Source: Anoxybacteroides voinovskiense
GTDB lineage: Bacteria; Bacillota; Bacilli; Bacillales; Anoxybacillaceae
Direction: 5' to 3'
NCBI RefSeq assembly: GCF_014196205.1
Contig: NZ_JACIDE010000010.1
Location: 59,470 to 99,469, forward strand
DNA: 40,000 nucleotides
The position numbers were made by a program, and so were the translations under genes. Positions 25,358-33,748 of the stretch are shown here, one piece after another (position 1 is the stretch's first letter; each line of letters starts with the position of its first letter). The notes beneath the pieces were generated by a model. That model was not told the origin of the DNA, did no database searches, and was given only the letters and a program-made list of their open reading frames with translations.

Positions 25358-27594
25358 GCATACGCTCCTTCCGCCGAACGGGCGATTTCGTTTACCATAC
25401 TTTCTTCAAAACGACGAACGAGTTGATCCACATCGACGTTATTTCGAATGTCCCCCGTCTTTACTTGTACAGTCGGCGTTAACGTGACGAAGTTTTGAAT
25501 AGACTTAATCGTTGCTAACTCTTTGAAAACTTGCAAATCTTCCTCCGCGATGTTAATTTCGTCGTCAATTTTCCCGATTTTATCGAGCTTACCGCCTGTC
25601 GGGTTCTTATCCTCTTTTCCACTCGCTAGAGGGTTTTTCATGCCTGGGCTATTTGCAATTTGGTTGCCTAATGATTGTTTAAACGGGTTTTCCATTTTCG
25701 TATTAGGCGCTAAACTTTTTGCTTTTTCCAATATCCCAGAAAGCTTTTCAGACATGTTTTTAGTAAATTTCATTCCTGCCGCATTTCCTGCCGCGAACGC
25801 TTGTGGGACATTCAACATTTTCATCCTAGGAATATTGACCATAAATTCGCTGCTTGTTGGCGGTTTTAGATTCGCCACAAAGTTTTTAAGCCCGTTGGAT
25901 ATACTACCTACCGAACCAGCACTCAGCTTACCAATCGCGCTAATGTTTACCCCCGGTATCATGTTTAAAGCTTTGATTAAACCGTTGACCGCGCCAATGG
26001 CGATATTTGCTCCTTTCACAAAAACACGCGCAAGAAAACTCGCAGCCGTGTCAAATGAACCAGTAAGCGCAGTCATATTGTCTACGACCATTTTTACCAT
26101 ATCGTAAAATAGCTTTTTCACCGCATATACAGGGTCAAAAAAGACGTTCATAATAAATTCAGCAACCATCGCAAACGCATTCCAAATATTCGCGACGATA
26201 TTCCAAATGAACGCTCCTAAACTTGCGAATAAACCTGTAATGAATCCAACTACTGTAGCTGTTTGGTCTGCCCAATTTACTGTCGCATAAATTACTAAGG
26301 CAAGTAACGCAATAATTCCTAGTAACACCCATGTAGCTGGCGAACTAAGCATAGCTGCATCATATACCCATTTTGCGGCTGCTGCCATGAGGGTGGCTGT
26401 TCGCACTATCAACCATTTCGCCGCAACGCCAAGCAAAATCGTGCCAATCCCAGCTAAAACAGAACCAATCACCGTTAAAATCGGCGCAATCCACGACCAG
26501 TTTTCTTCAAAAAACCGACCGACAGCACCGACCATTCGATAAAAGAACTCCAGCGCATCGAAAGCGAGATCAATTCCTTTAATGAACACATTGACAAAAA
26601 ACATTGCGTGTTCCGCCATTGTTGCGAACGCATCTGAGTTCACAAACTGATTAAAGCGAATGAGTAACGGTTCAAACGCACGGAGCGACCAGTTTTTAAA
26701 CATGGTCATCGCATCCGCAAACGTCAATGGCATGTTTTTGAATTTCTTTTCAATGTCATCGGCGGCTTTGAACAGGGCAGCTTTAACAATATTGGCCGTG
26801 ATCTTGCCTTCAGAAGCCAAATTTTTAAGCTCTCCTTTTGGAACCTTCATCATTTTCGCAATTGCATCTAAAAGAAAACCAGCATTATCTGCGATACTAT
26901 TGTACTCTTCTCCTTGTAATCTGCCTGCTGCCATAGATTGAGTGAGCTGATACATAGCTGATTCACGACCAATTTTTGATATACCATTTGCAGCAAATGC
27001 TTTCCCCATTAGTTCAGAAAAACGAATGATTTCATCGGTATTTCCAAACGCATCAGACGCCAACGACCCTAACTTAGCCACAGAGTTCGCCATATCCATA
27101 TACCCACTTCGGCTACGTTGCGCGGCTTGATATATTTTCTCTTGCAATTGCGCTTGTGTTTGTAAGCCGTCATTGATATTCGCTAGGCGTGCCGATGTAG
27201 AAACATAAGCGTCTGAGGCTTGAACAAATGACTGAATTCCGTTTTGAATTCCTTGTAGTGCAGCAAAAGCTGCTGTTGATAATAAAAATGCGCCAAAAAA
27301 CTCTTTCACAGCACCTGTCGCCCGACCAACAGGAGGAGGCAAGTTGGCGAATTTGGAGCCTAATGGCGCTAAAGAGCTATCCGCCTGTTTGGAAGCCACT
27401 ATTAATCGCTCTAAATCAGCCGATGCGTTCGTAATCGCTTTACGTGCTTTCGCTAATCCTTTTGTATCTAATTGCGTTGCGCTCGCATCCATCTTTTCCA
27501 TGACGCGAATGGTTGCATCCATCGCACGAATCATTTTCATGAGTGGTCCTGTCAATTTGTCGTTTAACGCCAACGTCGTTTGAACTCCAGCCAT
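25354..27594 (-). CDS. tail tape measure protein
   Basis: 746 aa with a helical N-terminus and a central hydrophobic block. It follows the chaperone pair. Confidence 0.9.
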   Translation of the reverse strand: MAGVQTTLALNDKLTGPLMKMIRAMDATIRVMEKMDASATQLDTKGLAKARKAITNASADLERLIVASKQADSSLAPLGSKFANLPPPVGRATGAVKEFFGAFLLSTAAFAALQGIQNGIQSFVQASDAYVSTSARLANINDGLQTQAQLQEKIYQAAQRSRSGYMDMANSVAKLGSLASDAFGNTDEIIRFSELMGKAFAANGISKIGRESAMYQLTQSMAAGRLQGEEYNSIADNAGFLLDAIAKMMKVPKGELKNLASEGKITANIVKAALFKAADDIEKKFKNMPLTFADAMTMFKNWSLRAFEPLLIRFNQFVNSDAFATMAEHAMFFVNVFIKGIDLAFDALEFFYRMVGAVGRFFEENWSWIAPILTVIGSVLAGIGTILLGVAAKWLIVRTATLMAAAAKWVYDAAMLSSPATWVLLGIIALLALVIYATVNWADQTATVVGFITGLFASLGAFIWNIVANIWNAFAMVAEFIMNVFFDPVYAVKKLFYDMVKMVVDNMTALTGSFDTAASFLARVFVKGANIAIGAVNGLIKALNMIPGVNISAIGKLSAGSVGSISNGLKNFVANLKPPTSSEFMVNIPRMKMLNVPQAFAAGNAAGMKFTKNMSEKLSGILEKAKSLAPNTKMENPFKQSLGNQIANSPGMKNPLASGKEDKNPTGGKLDKIGKIDDEINIAEEDLQVFKELATIKSIQNFVTLTPTVQVKTGDIRNNVDVDQLVRRFEESMVNEIARSAEGAYA

Positions 27595-27598
27595 TCGC

Positions 27599-27787
27599 TC
27601 ACCCCCTCATTTTGCTTTTTATGCGGTCATGCTCTTCTTTCTCTTTCTTTAGTTCAATCTGAATACTGGCTATGACAAAGGCCTTCTCTCTTCGGTCCAT
27701 TTCTAAAAACTCACGAGGACGCCAATGAAAACGGTGGAGAGCAATATGCGCATAGAACGCCTCTCCACCTTCCTCGATTAGTTTTTT
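27599..27787 (-). CDS. -1 frameshift extension of the tail assembly chaperone (XkzB-position, G/GT-type)
   Basis: The slippery heptamer A-AAA-AAC (27787..27781) lies directly before the chaperone stop. The -1 frame is open for ~62 codons (LIEEGGEAFYAHIALHRFHWRPREFLEMDRREKAF...) to TGA 27601..27599, with no SD or start of its own. Confidence 0.6.
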   Translation of the reverse strand, partial: KKLIEEGGEAFYAHIALHRFHWRPREFLEMDRREKAFVIASIQIELKKEKEEHDRIKSKMRG

Positions 27788-28179
27788 GCCTCTTCTACCT
27801 CTTCATCCATCGTCTTATCAAGCCCCGAAATTTCCGTTACCTTCTCAAGAATTTGGTTGGCTTCGCCTAAAAGGAACATTTCAGCAAACAGCTTGTCCGC
27901 ACCTAAAACACCATAGGACTCTTGCAGTTCGCGGTCATTTAAATCTGGGTACACAATCGATGCAACACAAATTTCACGATTGTATCTCACCACATCAAAA
28001 ACACGTTCCATTTTGCCGCCTTTTCCTGGGCGGAACTTGAAACAACGTTCGTTGATTGCATCAGCTTCGCCCGCAGTCAACGGGCGCAATACAAGTGGTT
28101 CGTCAAAACGCTCCAGCTTTAGCTCCACATTTTCATATGGTTTGACATTCCCTTTTAAAAACGCCTTAAACTTACTCAT
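27778..28179 (-). CDS. tail assembly chaperone (XkdN-like)
   Basis: 133 aa with an acidic C-terminus. It sits between the tube and TMP genes. Confidence 0.8.
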   Translation of the reverse strand: MSKFKAFLKGNVKPYENVELKLERFDEPLVLRPLTAGEADAINERCFKFRPGKGGKMERVFDVVRYNREICVASIVYPDLNDRELQESYGVLGADKLFAEMFLLGEANQILEKVTEISGLDKTMDEEVEEAKN

Positions 28180-28190
28180 GTGGCTCCTCC

Positions 28191-28652
28191 TTAGTTAATT
28201 TTGAATTGATCTAGCAAATCGAAATCATCAAATGTGAACGATACTTCATCTTTTAGAACGTCATCAGAATCGCCGTCCAATTTAGCAATCAACGTGCTAT
28301 CCGGCACGATATTTTTGATAATCGCCGTCTGTTTACCCGCCGCGCTCGTAATATCTGCATTCACCAACATCGCATCGAAAATCGGCGCTTTCCCTGTCCG
28401 TAAATATTCCAATGCCATCGCTCGAATTTCTGGGCGGTGGTAGTAATACGTCATGTTCCCTTTTCCGTTTGCCCCAACGATTTTACTTCCGTTCATACGT
28501 GCACCGACACGTTTGACGTCAGCTTTGATATATTCAATCGTGGCGTCAAATTTCACAATTTCCGCGAACTCATATGACTTTCCGTCAATCGTAATATATA
28601 ACGTCCCTTCTTTCGAAGAAATCGCGTCTTTTGATTCCATTACACGTGGCAT
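28191..28652 (-). CDS. tail tube protein (XkdM-like)
   Basis: ATG 28652 follows GGAGGTGA. SKEGTLYITIDGKSYEFAEIVKFDATIE pattern. Directly after the sheath gene. Confidence 0.85.
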   Translation of the reverse strand: MPRVMESKDAISSKEGTLYITIDGKSYEFAEIVKFDATIEYIKADVKRVGARMNGSKIVGANGKGNMTYYYHRPEIRAMALEYLRTGKAPIFDAMLVNADITSAAGKQTAIIKNIVPDSTLIAKLDGDSDDVLKDEVSFTFDDFDLLDQFKIN

Positions 28653-28670
28653 ATTTATCACCTCCGTTTA

Positions 28671-29969
28671 TTACTTGCACGCAACAATCATGTATAGTTT
28701 TTCCATCGCGTCAACGAATTTCAGCCCCATATTCACAAGTACAGCATCTTTTTCATCACCTTGCTCAACCACAACTTCATCTGGATTATATGGCTCTAAA
28801 GCCCCGACACGCACAAGAGGATCTAACACGGTTTTCATCACTTCTTTTTTGAACAAATTCCGTCCATCTTCGTTGTTGTTCACTTTTCCGATAAAATATT
28901 TAGAGTAGATATACTGCGTATTGTCCGAAACAATGTCCATTTCGCGAATGATTTTGTTTTTACGGAAGTCTTGGTTTTTCGTCGGCGTAAAAGAACGAAA
29001 TGTGTTAATGTCTTGTTCTACAACAACGGCATCACGATTGAACGTATAAACGATATGGCCATCTTTCAATGCTTGTTCAATTTCTTCATGTGTTTTACGC
29101 TCGCAGTCGATTGCTCCCGGATACTCGGCATAGGTTAATGACTTGACGCCAGCGCTCGCATACGCCGCCGCATACCAATACAGTGCTTCTTTTGCTGATA
29201 ACTGCTCGTTTCCCTCAAGCGTGACGCCATTGAGAACAGATACCACACCTTCATGATCGGCCGCGTTGTAATTGTTAGTGACAAGCGTCACATTTTTCCC
29301 ATAATTCTCGCGCCATTCTTTTACTTTTAGTGCTAACAACGCCTTCACGGTTGAATCGTCTGTGCCGACAGCTACCACTTTGAAGTCTTGCGTATCCAAT
29401 CCTGCGGCAAATTCAGCATATGCATCGTTTGTTGCTGTTCCTGTTGTTCCGCCAGTAAGCGTCAACGTTACATCAGAAGTCGGTAACTGGCCATTGAACG
29501 AAACAAAAGCGTTCGGCTGCAAGTCGGCAATCGCAGCTACCGTTTGTGTATCGACAACCGCCCCATCAAAGTATGTCTTCACTGTCGCGGTTCCGTCTAA
29601 ATTTGCTGTAACGACAACCGAAATTTTATTTCCGTCCGCACCCGCATATTTCGCTGTCGCTGTTAATCCTCCGCCCGTCGCTGTTGCTTTTGTTCCTTCG
29701 CTGTTCAAATTGTAAACGATCACTTGACTAGTCGCTTTGAATGCTTCCCGAACAGGAACAATTGCACTTAAATCTTTTCCGAACACTTCTTTAAACTTCG
29801 TATTCGGCGATACTTTTACAAATTTTCTTGTTTCACCCCAGTCTAGCTTGATCGGAATCACTACGATTGCATTTGAATCAGGCGCCATCGTGTTTAAACT
29901 GTTCGTTTCAAAGTTGATATACGCGCCAGGACGAATTTTATTTTGCGTTTTCCATGTTCCACCTGCCAT
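28671..29969 (-). CDS. contractile tail sheath protein (XkdK-like)
   Basis: ATG 29969 follows GAAGGAGG. MAGGTWKTQNKIRPGAYINF N-terminus typical of the family. 432 aa. Confidence 0.9.
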   Translation of the reverse strand: MAGGTWKTQNKIRPGAYINFETNSLNTMAPDSNAIVVIPIKLDWGETRKFVKVSPNTKFKEVFGKDLSAIVPVREAFKATSQVIVYNLNSEGTKATATGGGLTATAKYAGADGNKISVVVTANLDGTATVKTYFDGAVVDTQTVAAIADLQPNAFVSFNGQLPTSDVTLTLTGGTTGTATNDAYAEFAAGLDTQDFKVVAVGTDDSTVKALLALKVKEWRENYGKNVTLVTNNYNAADHEGVVSVLNGVTLEGNEQLSAKEALYWYAAAYASAGVKSLTYAEYPGAIDCERKTHEEIEQALKDGHIVYTFNRDAVVVEQDINTFRSFTPTKNQDFRKNKIIREMDIVSDNTQYIYSKYFIGKVNNNEDGRNLFKKEVMKTVLDPLVRVGALEPYNPDEVVVEQGDEKDAVLVNMGLKFVDAMEKLYMIVACK

Positions 29970-30151
29970 TATTGAACCTCCTTCACTTTCCACTCACTCA
30001 ACAGCGAGTCTACTTCTTCTTTCGTGTACGTTCTTGATTCATCGAGTAACACTTCAAGCAACAATCGATCTTTTGCGTATTCGGGCGCACGAATGAAGGC
30101 CGATTTCCCATATCTCACTTGTTTTTCAGTCTGCTTTGCCAATCCAAACAC
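29969..30151 (-). CDS. small hypothetical phage protein, 60 aa
   Basis: ORF with a TAATG stop/start overlap with the sheath gene. No family recognised. Confidence 0.45.
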   Translation of the reverse strand: MFGLAKQTEKQVRYGKSAFIRAPEYAKDRLLLEVLLDESRTYTKEEVDSLLSEWKVKEVQ

Positions 30152-30533
30152 CTCCCAATGTCTGCATCTTCGTTTCGGTCGTCACCTCTTGCAGACGTGC
30201 AGACACATCGAATGTAATCACCAGCACGTCATCCTGTTTCGTTCCTTCTAACCGATGCACATGATATTTGTTGGCGATATATTGAAATTCTGTTTGAAAC
30301 GTTTCAAACACGTCATCGCATTCAGCATCCACTTCCGTTGATTGTGGGAAATATACAACATTCCACGAGTACGTCCGCCACACTTGCCCTTTAATTTTTC
30401 GTTCTTGTTCAGACTGAATCATACGAACGAGAAAAGCAGGAGTTTGAAGCCCCTGCTTGACTTTTTCATCGTATACTTTGATGTTTCCAAAAACTTCTTT
30501 CATTTGCTGAATGACGAGCGTTTTAATCTCCAA
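30126..30533 (-). CDS. tail completion/terminator-type protein (XkdJ-position)
   Basis: 135 aa. Assigned by synteny between the gp10-like and sheath genes. Confidence 0.55.
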   Translation of the reverse strand: MEIKTLVIQQMKEVFGNIKVYDEKVKQGLQTPAFLVRMIQSEQERKIKGQVWRTYSWNVVYFPQSTEVDAECDDVFETFQTEFQYIANKYHVHRLEGTKQDDVLVITFDVSARLQEVTTETKMQTLGGVWIGKAD

Positions 30534-30921
30534 AGATCCTCCTCATCTCCTTTTCCATCTCCCGTTGCCACATGTTTGGGGCGATTTTTTGCATGTCGTT
30601 CATTGTCAATTTCAACATGAACCGGCCTTCCACCCATCCGACGGTCTGTCCAGCCACCACGATACGATGCCCGTTTTCTACAAACGACGCATATTCAGCT
30701 TGGTTGTAAATGTGAATATATATTGTATCGCCCTTGCTCATCACATAATACTTCCAATTGTTTCGCAAATTCCCTGTATCAACAGGCGTTAACTTCTTCA
30801 CTTTCCGAATGGCCAACTGAGCAATGCGTTGGGCTACCTTCATTTGCACTTGATGAGCGATTTTATTCAACTCTACTAATTGCTGTTTCAGTAATCGAAC
30901 TTCACTAAACTCATAGCCCAT
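30523..30921 (-). CDS. HK97 gp10-family head-tail joining protein
   Basis: LTPVDTGNLRNNW and AEYASFVENG motifs. Confidence 0.8.
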   Translation of the reverse strand: MGYEFSEVRLLKQQLVELNKIAHQVQMKVAQRIAQLAIRKVKKLTPVDTGNLRNNWKYYVMSKGDTIYIHIYNQAEYASFVENGHRIVVAGQTVGWVEGRFMLKLTMNDMQKIAPNMWQREMEKEMRRIFGD

Positions 30922-31286
30922 TATGCATAACCCTTTCGAACGAGCAATACTTCTTGGTGGGTAATATATACAAACGGTTCTTTTGCTGACTCGTAGCGCA
31001 CCCCATCGATCACAAACACATCGCCAGCTCGCACGTTAATGTCGCTAGACAAAAAAACTTTCACATCGTACTGAATAGCATTTACATCGTCCTGTGATGC
31101 GTTATTGAGCGTCTGCATGCCGACAGAAGAAAGGCGACAAGGCACGTTTTCGTGCTTTGTCACCCATTGCATTCCATCGGCGCCATTCGGCTTCTGATAC
31201 GCTTCATATCGCTGGATAGTAGCTGCTCGGTCATACAGCCGTTCCACCGCGGATTTGGCTTTGAGAAAGATGTCGCGAACTGACAT
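30921..31286 (-). CDS. head closure / head-tail adaptor protein (XkdH/YqbH-like)
   Basis: 121 aa. Synteny, with ATGA-type coupling. Confidence 0.6.
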   Translation of the reverse strand: MSVRDIFLKAKSAVERLYDRAATIQRYEAYQKPNGADGMQWVTKHENVPCRLSSVGMQTLNNASQDDVNAIQYDVKVFLSSDINVRAGDVFVIDGVRYESAKEPFVYITHQEVLLVRKGYA

Positions 31287-31287
31287 G

Positions 31288-31629
31288 CTACCACCTCATT
31301 TTACGAAACTTATACAAAGCGCTCTTATAGGAATGAACGATGCTTTCCACTTCTGTTTCTCCTTGGCTCTTTTCATGAGCCGTAAACGTGACTTGCACGT
31401 CCCCTTCTTTGATGGATTGAACAGCCGGTTCGGCATCGGGAGCATTTTTTTGCTTCAGACCAATGAAATCGACCACCATGTTCGCATGGACATACCGCAG
31501 TTCGTCCGGTATGTCATCGCGATTACAAAACGTTTTGATCACTTGACCTACTTCGTCAATGTATACAGCCAAGCGATCATCTGGTGGTGGATTGTCCAGC
31601 TTGGCTTTGACAATATCAAGCACTGTCAT
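31288..31629 (-). CDS. gp6-like head-tail connector protein (YqbG-like)
   Basis: 113 aa. Positioned after the capsid module. Confidence 0.6.
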   Translation of the reverse strand: MTVLDIVKAKLDNPPPDDRLAVYIDEVGQVIKTFCNRDDIPDELRYVHANMVVDFIGLKQKNAPDAEPAVQSIKEGDVQVTFTAHEKSQGETEVESIVHSYKSALYKFRKMRW

Positions 31630-31631
31630 CG

Positions 31632-31814
31632 TTATTCAGCTGCCTTTTCTGTTGCTTTCTTCGTTCCCTTTTTCTCTTCTTCACTCACTTCATATCCTTG
31701 CTCTTTAAACCATTGAATCAGCCATTTATTGTCAGTTTCCGCTTGACCATTCACAAACGTAAGCGAAGCGCTCACGCCGTTGTATTTCGGGTTAGGAGCT
31801 TTGATAATCGCCAT
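31632..31814 (-). CDS. small hypothetical phage protein (YqbF-position)
   Basis: 60-aa ORF directly after the major capsid gene. Confidence 0.45.
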   Translation of the reverse strand: MAIIKAPNPKYNGVSASLTFVNGQAETDNKWLIQWFKEQGYEVSEEEKKGTKKATEKAAE

Positions 31815-31827
31815 ATTGTTAACCCCC

Positions 31828-32823
31828 TTACGCTACCTTAATGTTGCGCAATACGCCCGCTTTCCGCGTCGCTTTCAATGCGATGGCCGCCACCATTTCA
31901 ACCTCACCTTTTTTGACCGCTCCCGGTAAATTGAAATCAGGCAAGTATGTGCGGATCACAGAATTTCCTTTTACCGTTACACCGTGGAAACCATCCATAC
32001 CGATGCTGATGGCATAAAGATCCGTTAAACCCGCTACATTTTGCGTATTAATAGTACGATTCACAATCGGTACGACCGGAACAGTAGTTGGAACACCGCT
32101 AGAAATTTGTACAAAATAACCCAAGTCTAAAAGTGGAATATTGTCATATCGATCGACCGTACGGCCGAACGCATCCTCCGATTGCGTCAAGTATCCGGCA
32201 CGGCGAGCAACCGATTTAATTTTGGTGATTAGCTTGTTATTGCCCATGAGCATGGTTGGACGACCATCTAGTTCTGAAAGAAAGCTATCAATCGCATCAA
32301 GCAATGCAAATTTATCCGCTTCAATAGCAGCGGCAGTCGATACGTCAATGACACCATCCGTGTTCAATTCCGTAGACGAACCGGCTAACGCCTTGTTCAA
32401 TCCGTCGAACGCTTTAGAGTCGAAGGCAGAATCACCGTTGATAACGGTGTAATGGAACAAATTGCGCGCTCCAATGATTTTTTGTTGTAGCTGGAACTGT
32501 ATTTCATCGATTTGGCCGCTTGTGTCTTGGATGACACGGTCAATTTCAAACGCACCACCGAAGATTTTGAGTTTTACATAGATGTCTTCGCGGTCTGCTT
32601 CGTTTGCTGCGTATTCTTCGTTGATGTTACGGAATTGAGCGGTAGACGGTGTTTTCAAGCGTTGGTATCCGTATGTTAATGTAGAGCCGCCTGTACCCGG
32701 CGAAACAGCATCATCGAATACTAAACGGTCAAGTAAAAGAGAAGAACGACGAAATTCATCGACTACTTGTTGGTCTACTTTGTCAGCCATACCGACTTTT
32801 GCTTGTTCTAATGTGATAGGCAT
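31828..32823 (-). CDS. major capsid protein (XkdG/YqbE-like)
   Basis: 331 aa and follows the scaffold gene. MPITLEQAKVGMADKVDQQVVDEFRR N-terminus. Confidence 0.85.
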   Translation of the reverse strand: MPITLEQAKVGMADKVDQQVVDEFRRSSLLLDRLVFDDAVSPGTGGSTLTYGYQRLKTPSTAQFRNINEEYAANEADREDIYVKLKIFGGAFEIDRVIQDTSGQIDEIQFQLQQKIIGARNLFHYTVINGDSAFDSKAFDGLNKALAGSSTELNTDGVIDVSTAAAIEADKFALLDAIDSFLSELDGRPTMLMGNNKLITKIKSVARRAGYLTQSEDAFGRTVDRYDNIPLLDLGYFVQISSGVPTTVPVVPIVNRTINTQNVAGLTDLYAISIGMDGFHGVTVKGNSVIRTYLPDFNLPGAVKKGEVEMVAAIALKATRKAGVLRNIKVA

Positions 32824-32862
32824 TTAACAACACTCCTTTTCAAATTTTTATCGTTGTGCTTT

Positions 32863-33423
32863 TTATCGTTGTGCTAGTCGCTGAGCTAATGCGTCGCGTA
32901 AACTAAACGGCTCACCGCCAGTCGGACTACCCTCTGCTGGTTTAATACCTGTAATTTTTGGTTGATTGTTTTCAGGCACAAATAAAAAGGACTTGGTTTC
33001 CTGCAGCGTCTTTAGCTGCTCCTCCAGTCCTTTTATGTTGCCATTTTCATCGAGTTCAATTGTATTTTTATCAAGAAGCGATGCCACTAAGTCGGCGTCA
33101 TGTACTTTTCCGTTGATTGCTAGTTTAATCGCGCTGTTCAATTGCGTTTCTTTGATTTTTGCCTCATATGCTGCCTTCTCGTCTTTATATCGCTTCTCTA
33201 AGTCCGCAAGCTTCGTTTGAAGTTCTTCATTTCCTTCTGCTTGCTTCTTGAGTTGTTTTAAGTCGTTGTCGCGTTGTTCTAGCTGTTTTTTCATGTCGTC
33301 GAGACTTGTTTTTAAATCGTCTACTCTCGCTTTTTGCGCCTCTACCGACTTCCCATGCTCAGCCATAATTTTGTCAATGACGTCTTTTTCGAGACCTAAA
33401 CTTTCAAGAAATTCGCGTTTCAT
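32863..33423 (-). CDS. scaffolding protein (Phage_GP20-like)
   Basis: 186 aa, highly charged coiled coil. MKREFLESLGLEKDVIDKIMAEHGKSVE N-terminus typical of the family. Confidence 0.85.
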   Translation of the reverse strand: MKREFLESLGLEKDVIDKIMAEHGKSVEAQKARVDDLKTSLDDMKKQLEQRDNDLKQLKKQAEGNEELQTKLADLEKRYKDEKAAYEAKIKETQLNSAIKLAINGKVHDADLVASLLDKNTIELDENGNIKGLEEQLKTLQETKSFLFVPENNQPKITGIKPAEGSPTGGEPFSLRDALAQRLAQR

Positions 33424-33511
33424 GGTATTCCTCCTCTGGTTACGTTTTTTAACGTGGTTACGGCCACGAACCGCTTTGTTCTTTAACGTCTACAAATGCT
33501 AAAAAGACGAG

Positions 33512-33555
33512 AGAAAATAAAAAAGCACGTAACCGTTTTAACTGGTTAGGTGCTT
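33512..33555 (-). terminator. intrinsic terminator inside the head module (after the 64-aa gene)
   Basis: The minus strand reads AAGCACCTAACC-AGTTAAAAC-GGTTACGTGCTT (one mismatch), followed by TTTTTATTTT. Confidence 0.55.
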
Positions 33556-33748
33556 ATTCTATGATTTCGATTGACTTAATTTCTGGTTCACCAACACCGA
33601 TATATTTCCCCTCAACAAACATGTCGAGGCTGTCATAATCATCATCAGTATCTTCTTGGTCGGTGTAATCTTGGACAATCCCCTCTAATATTTCACCATC
33701 TTTGAGAGTAACTCGTATTTTCTTCCCTACATATTCCCATAATCTCAA
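33554..33748 (-). CDS. small acidic protein, 64 aa; candidate immunity protein for the upstream MuF toxin domain
   Basis: ATGA-coupled to the MuF gene. MRLWEYVGKKIRVTLKDGEILEGIVQDYTDQEDTDDDYDSLDMFVEG. Confidence 0.5.
   Translation of the reverse strand: MRLWEYVGKKIRVTLKDGEILEGIVQDYTDQEDTDDDYDSLDMFVEGKYIGVGEPEIKSIEIIE

Noticed and set aside
25523-26107. 194-aa plus-strand ORF (also 26660..26941 and 27344..27583)
   Set aside because: It is antisense inside the tape-measure gene. It has no SD and its hydrophobic low-complexity translation mirrors the TMP hydrophobic block.
28453-28908. 151-aa plus-strand ORF
   Set aside because: It is antisense across the tube/sheath junction, and both minus-strand genes have strong family signatures and SDs.
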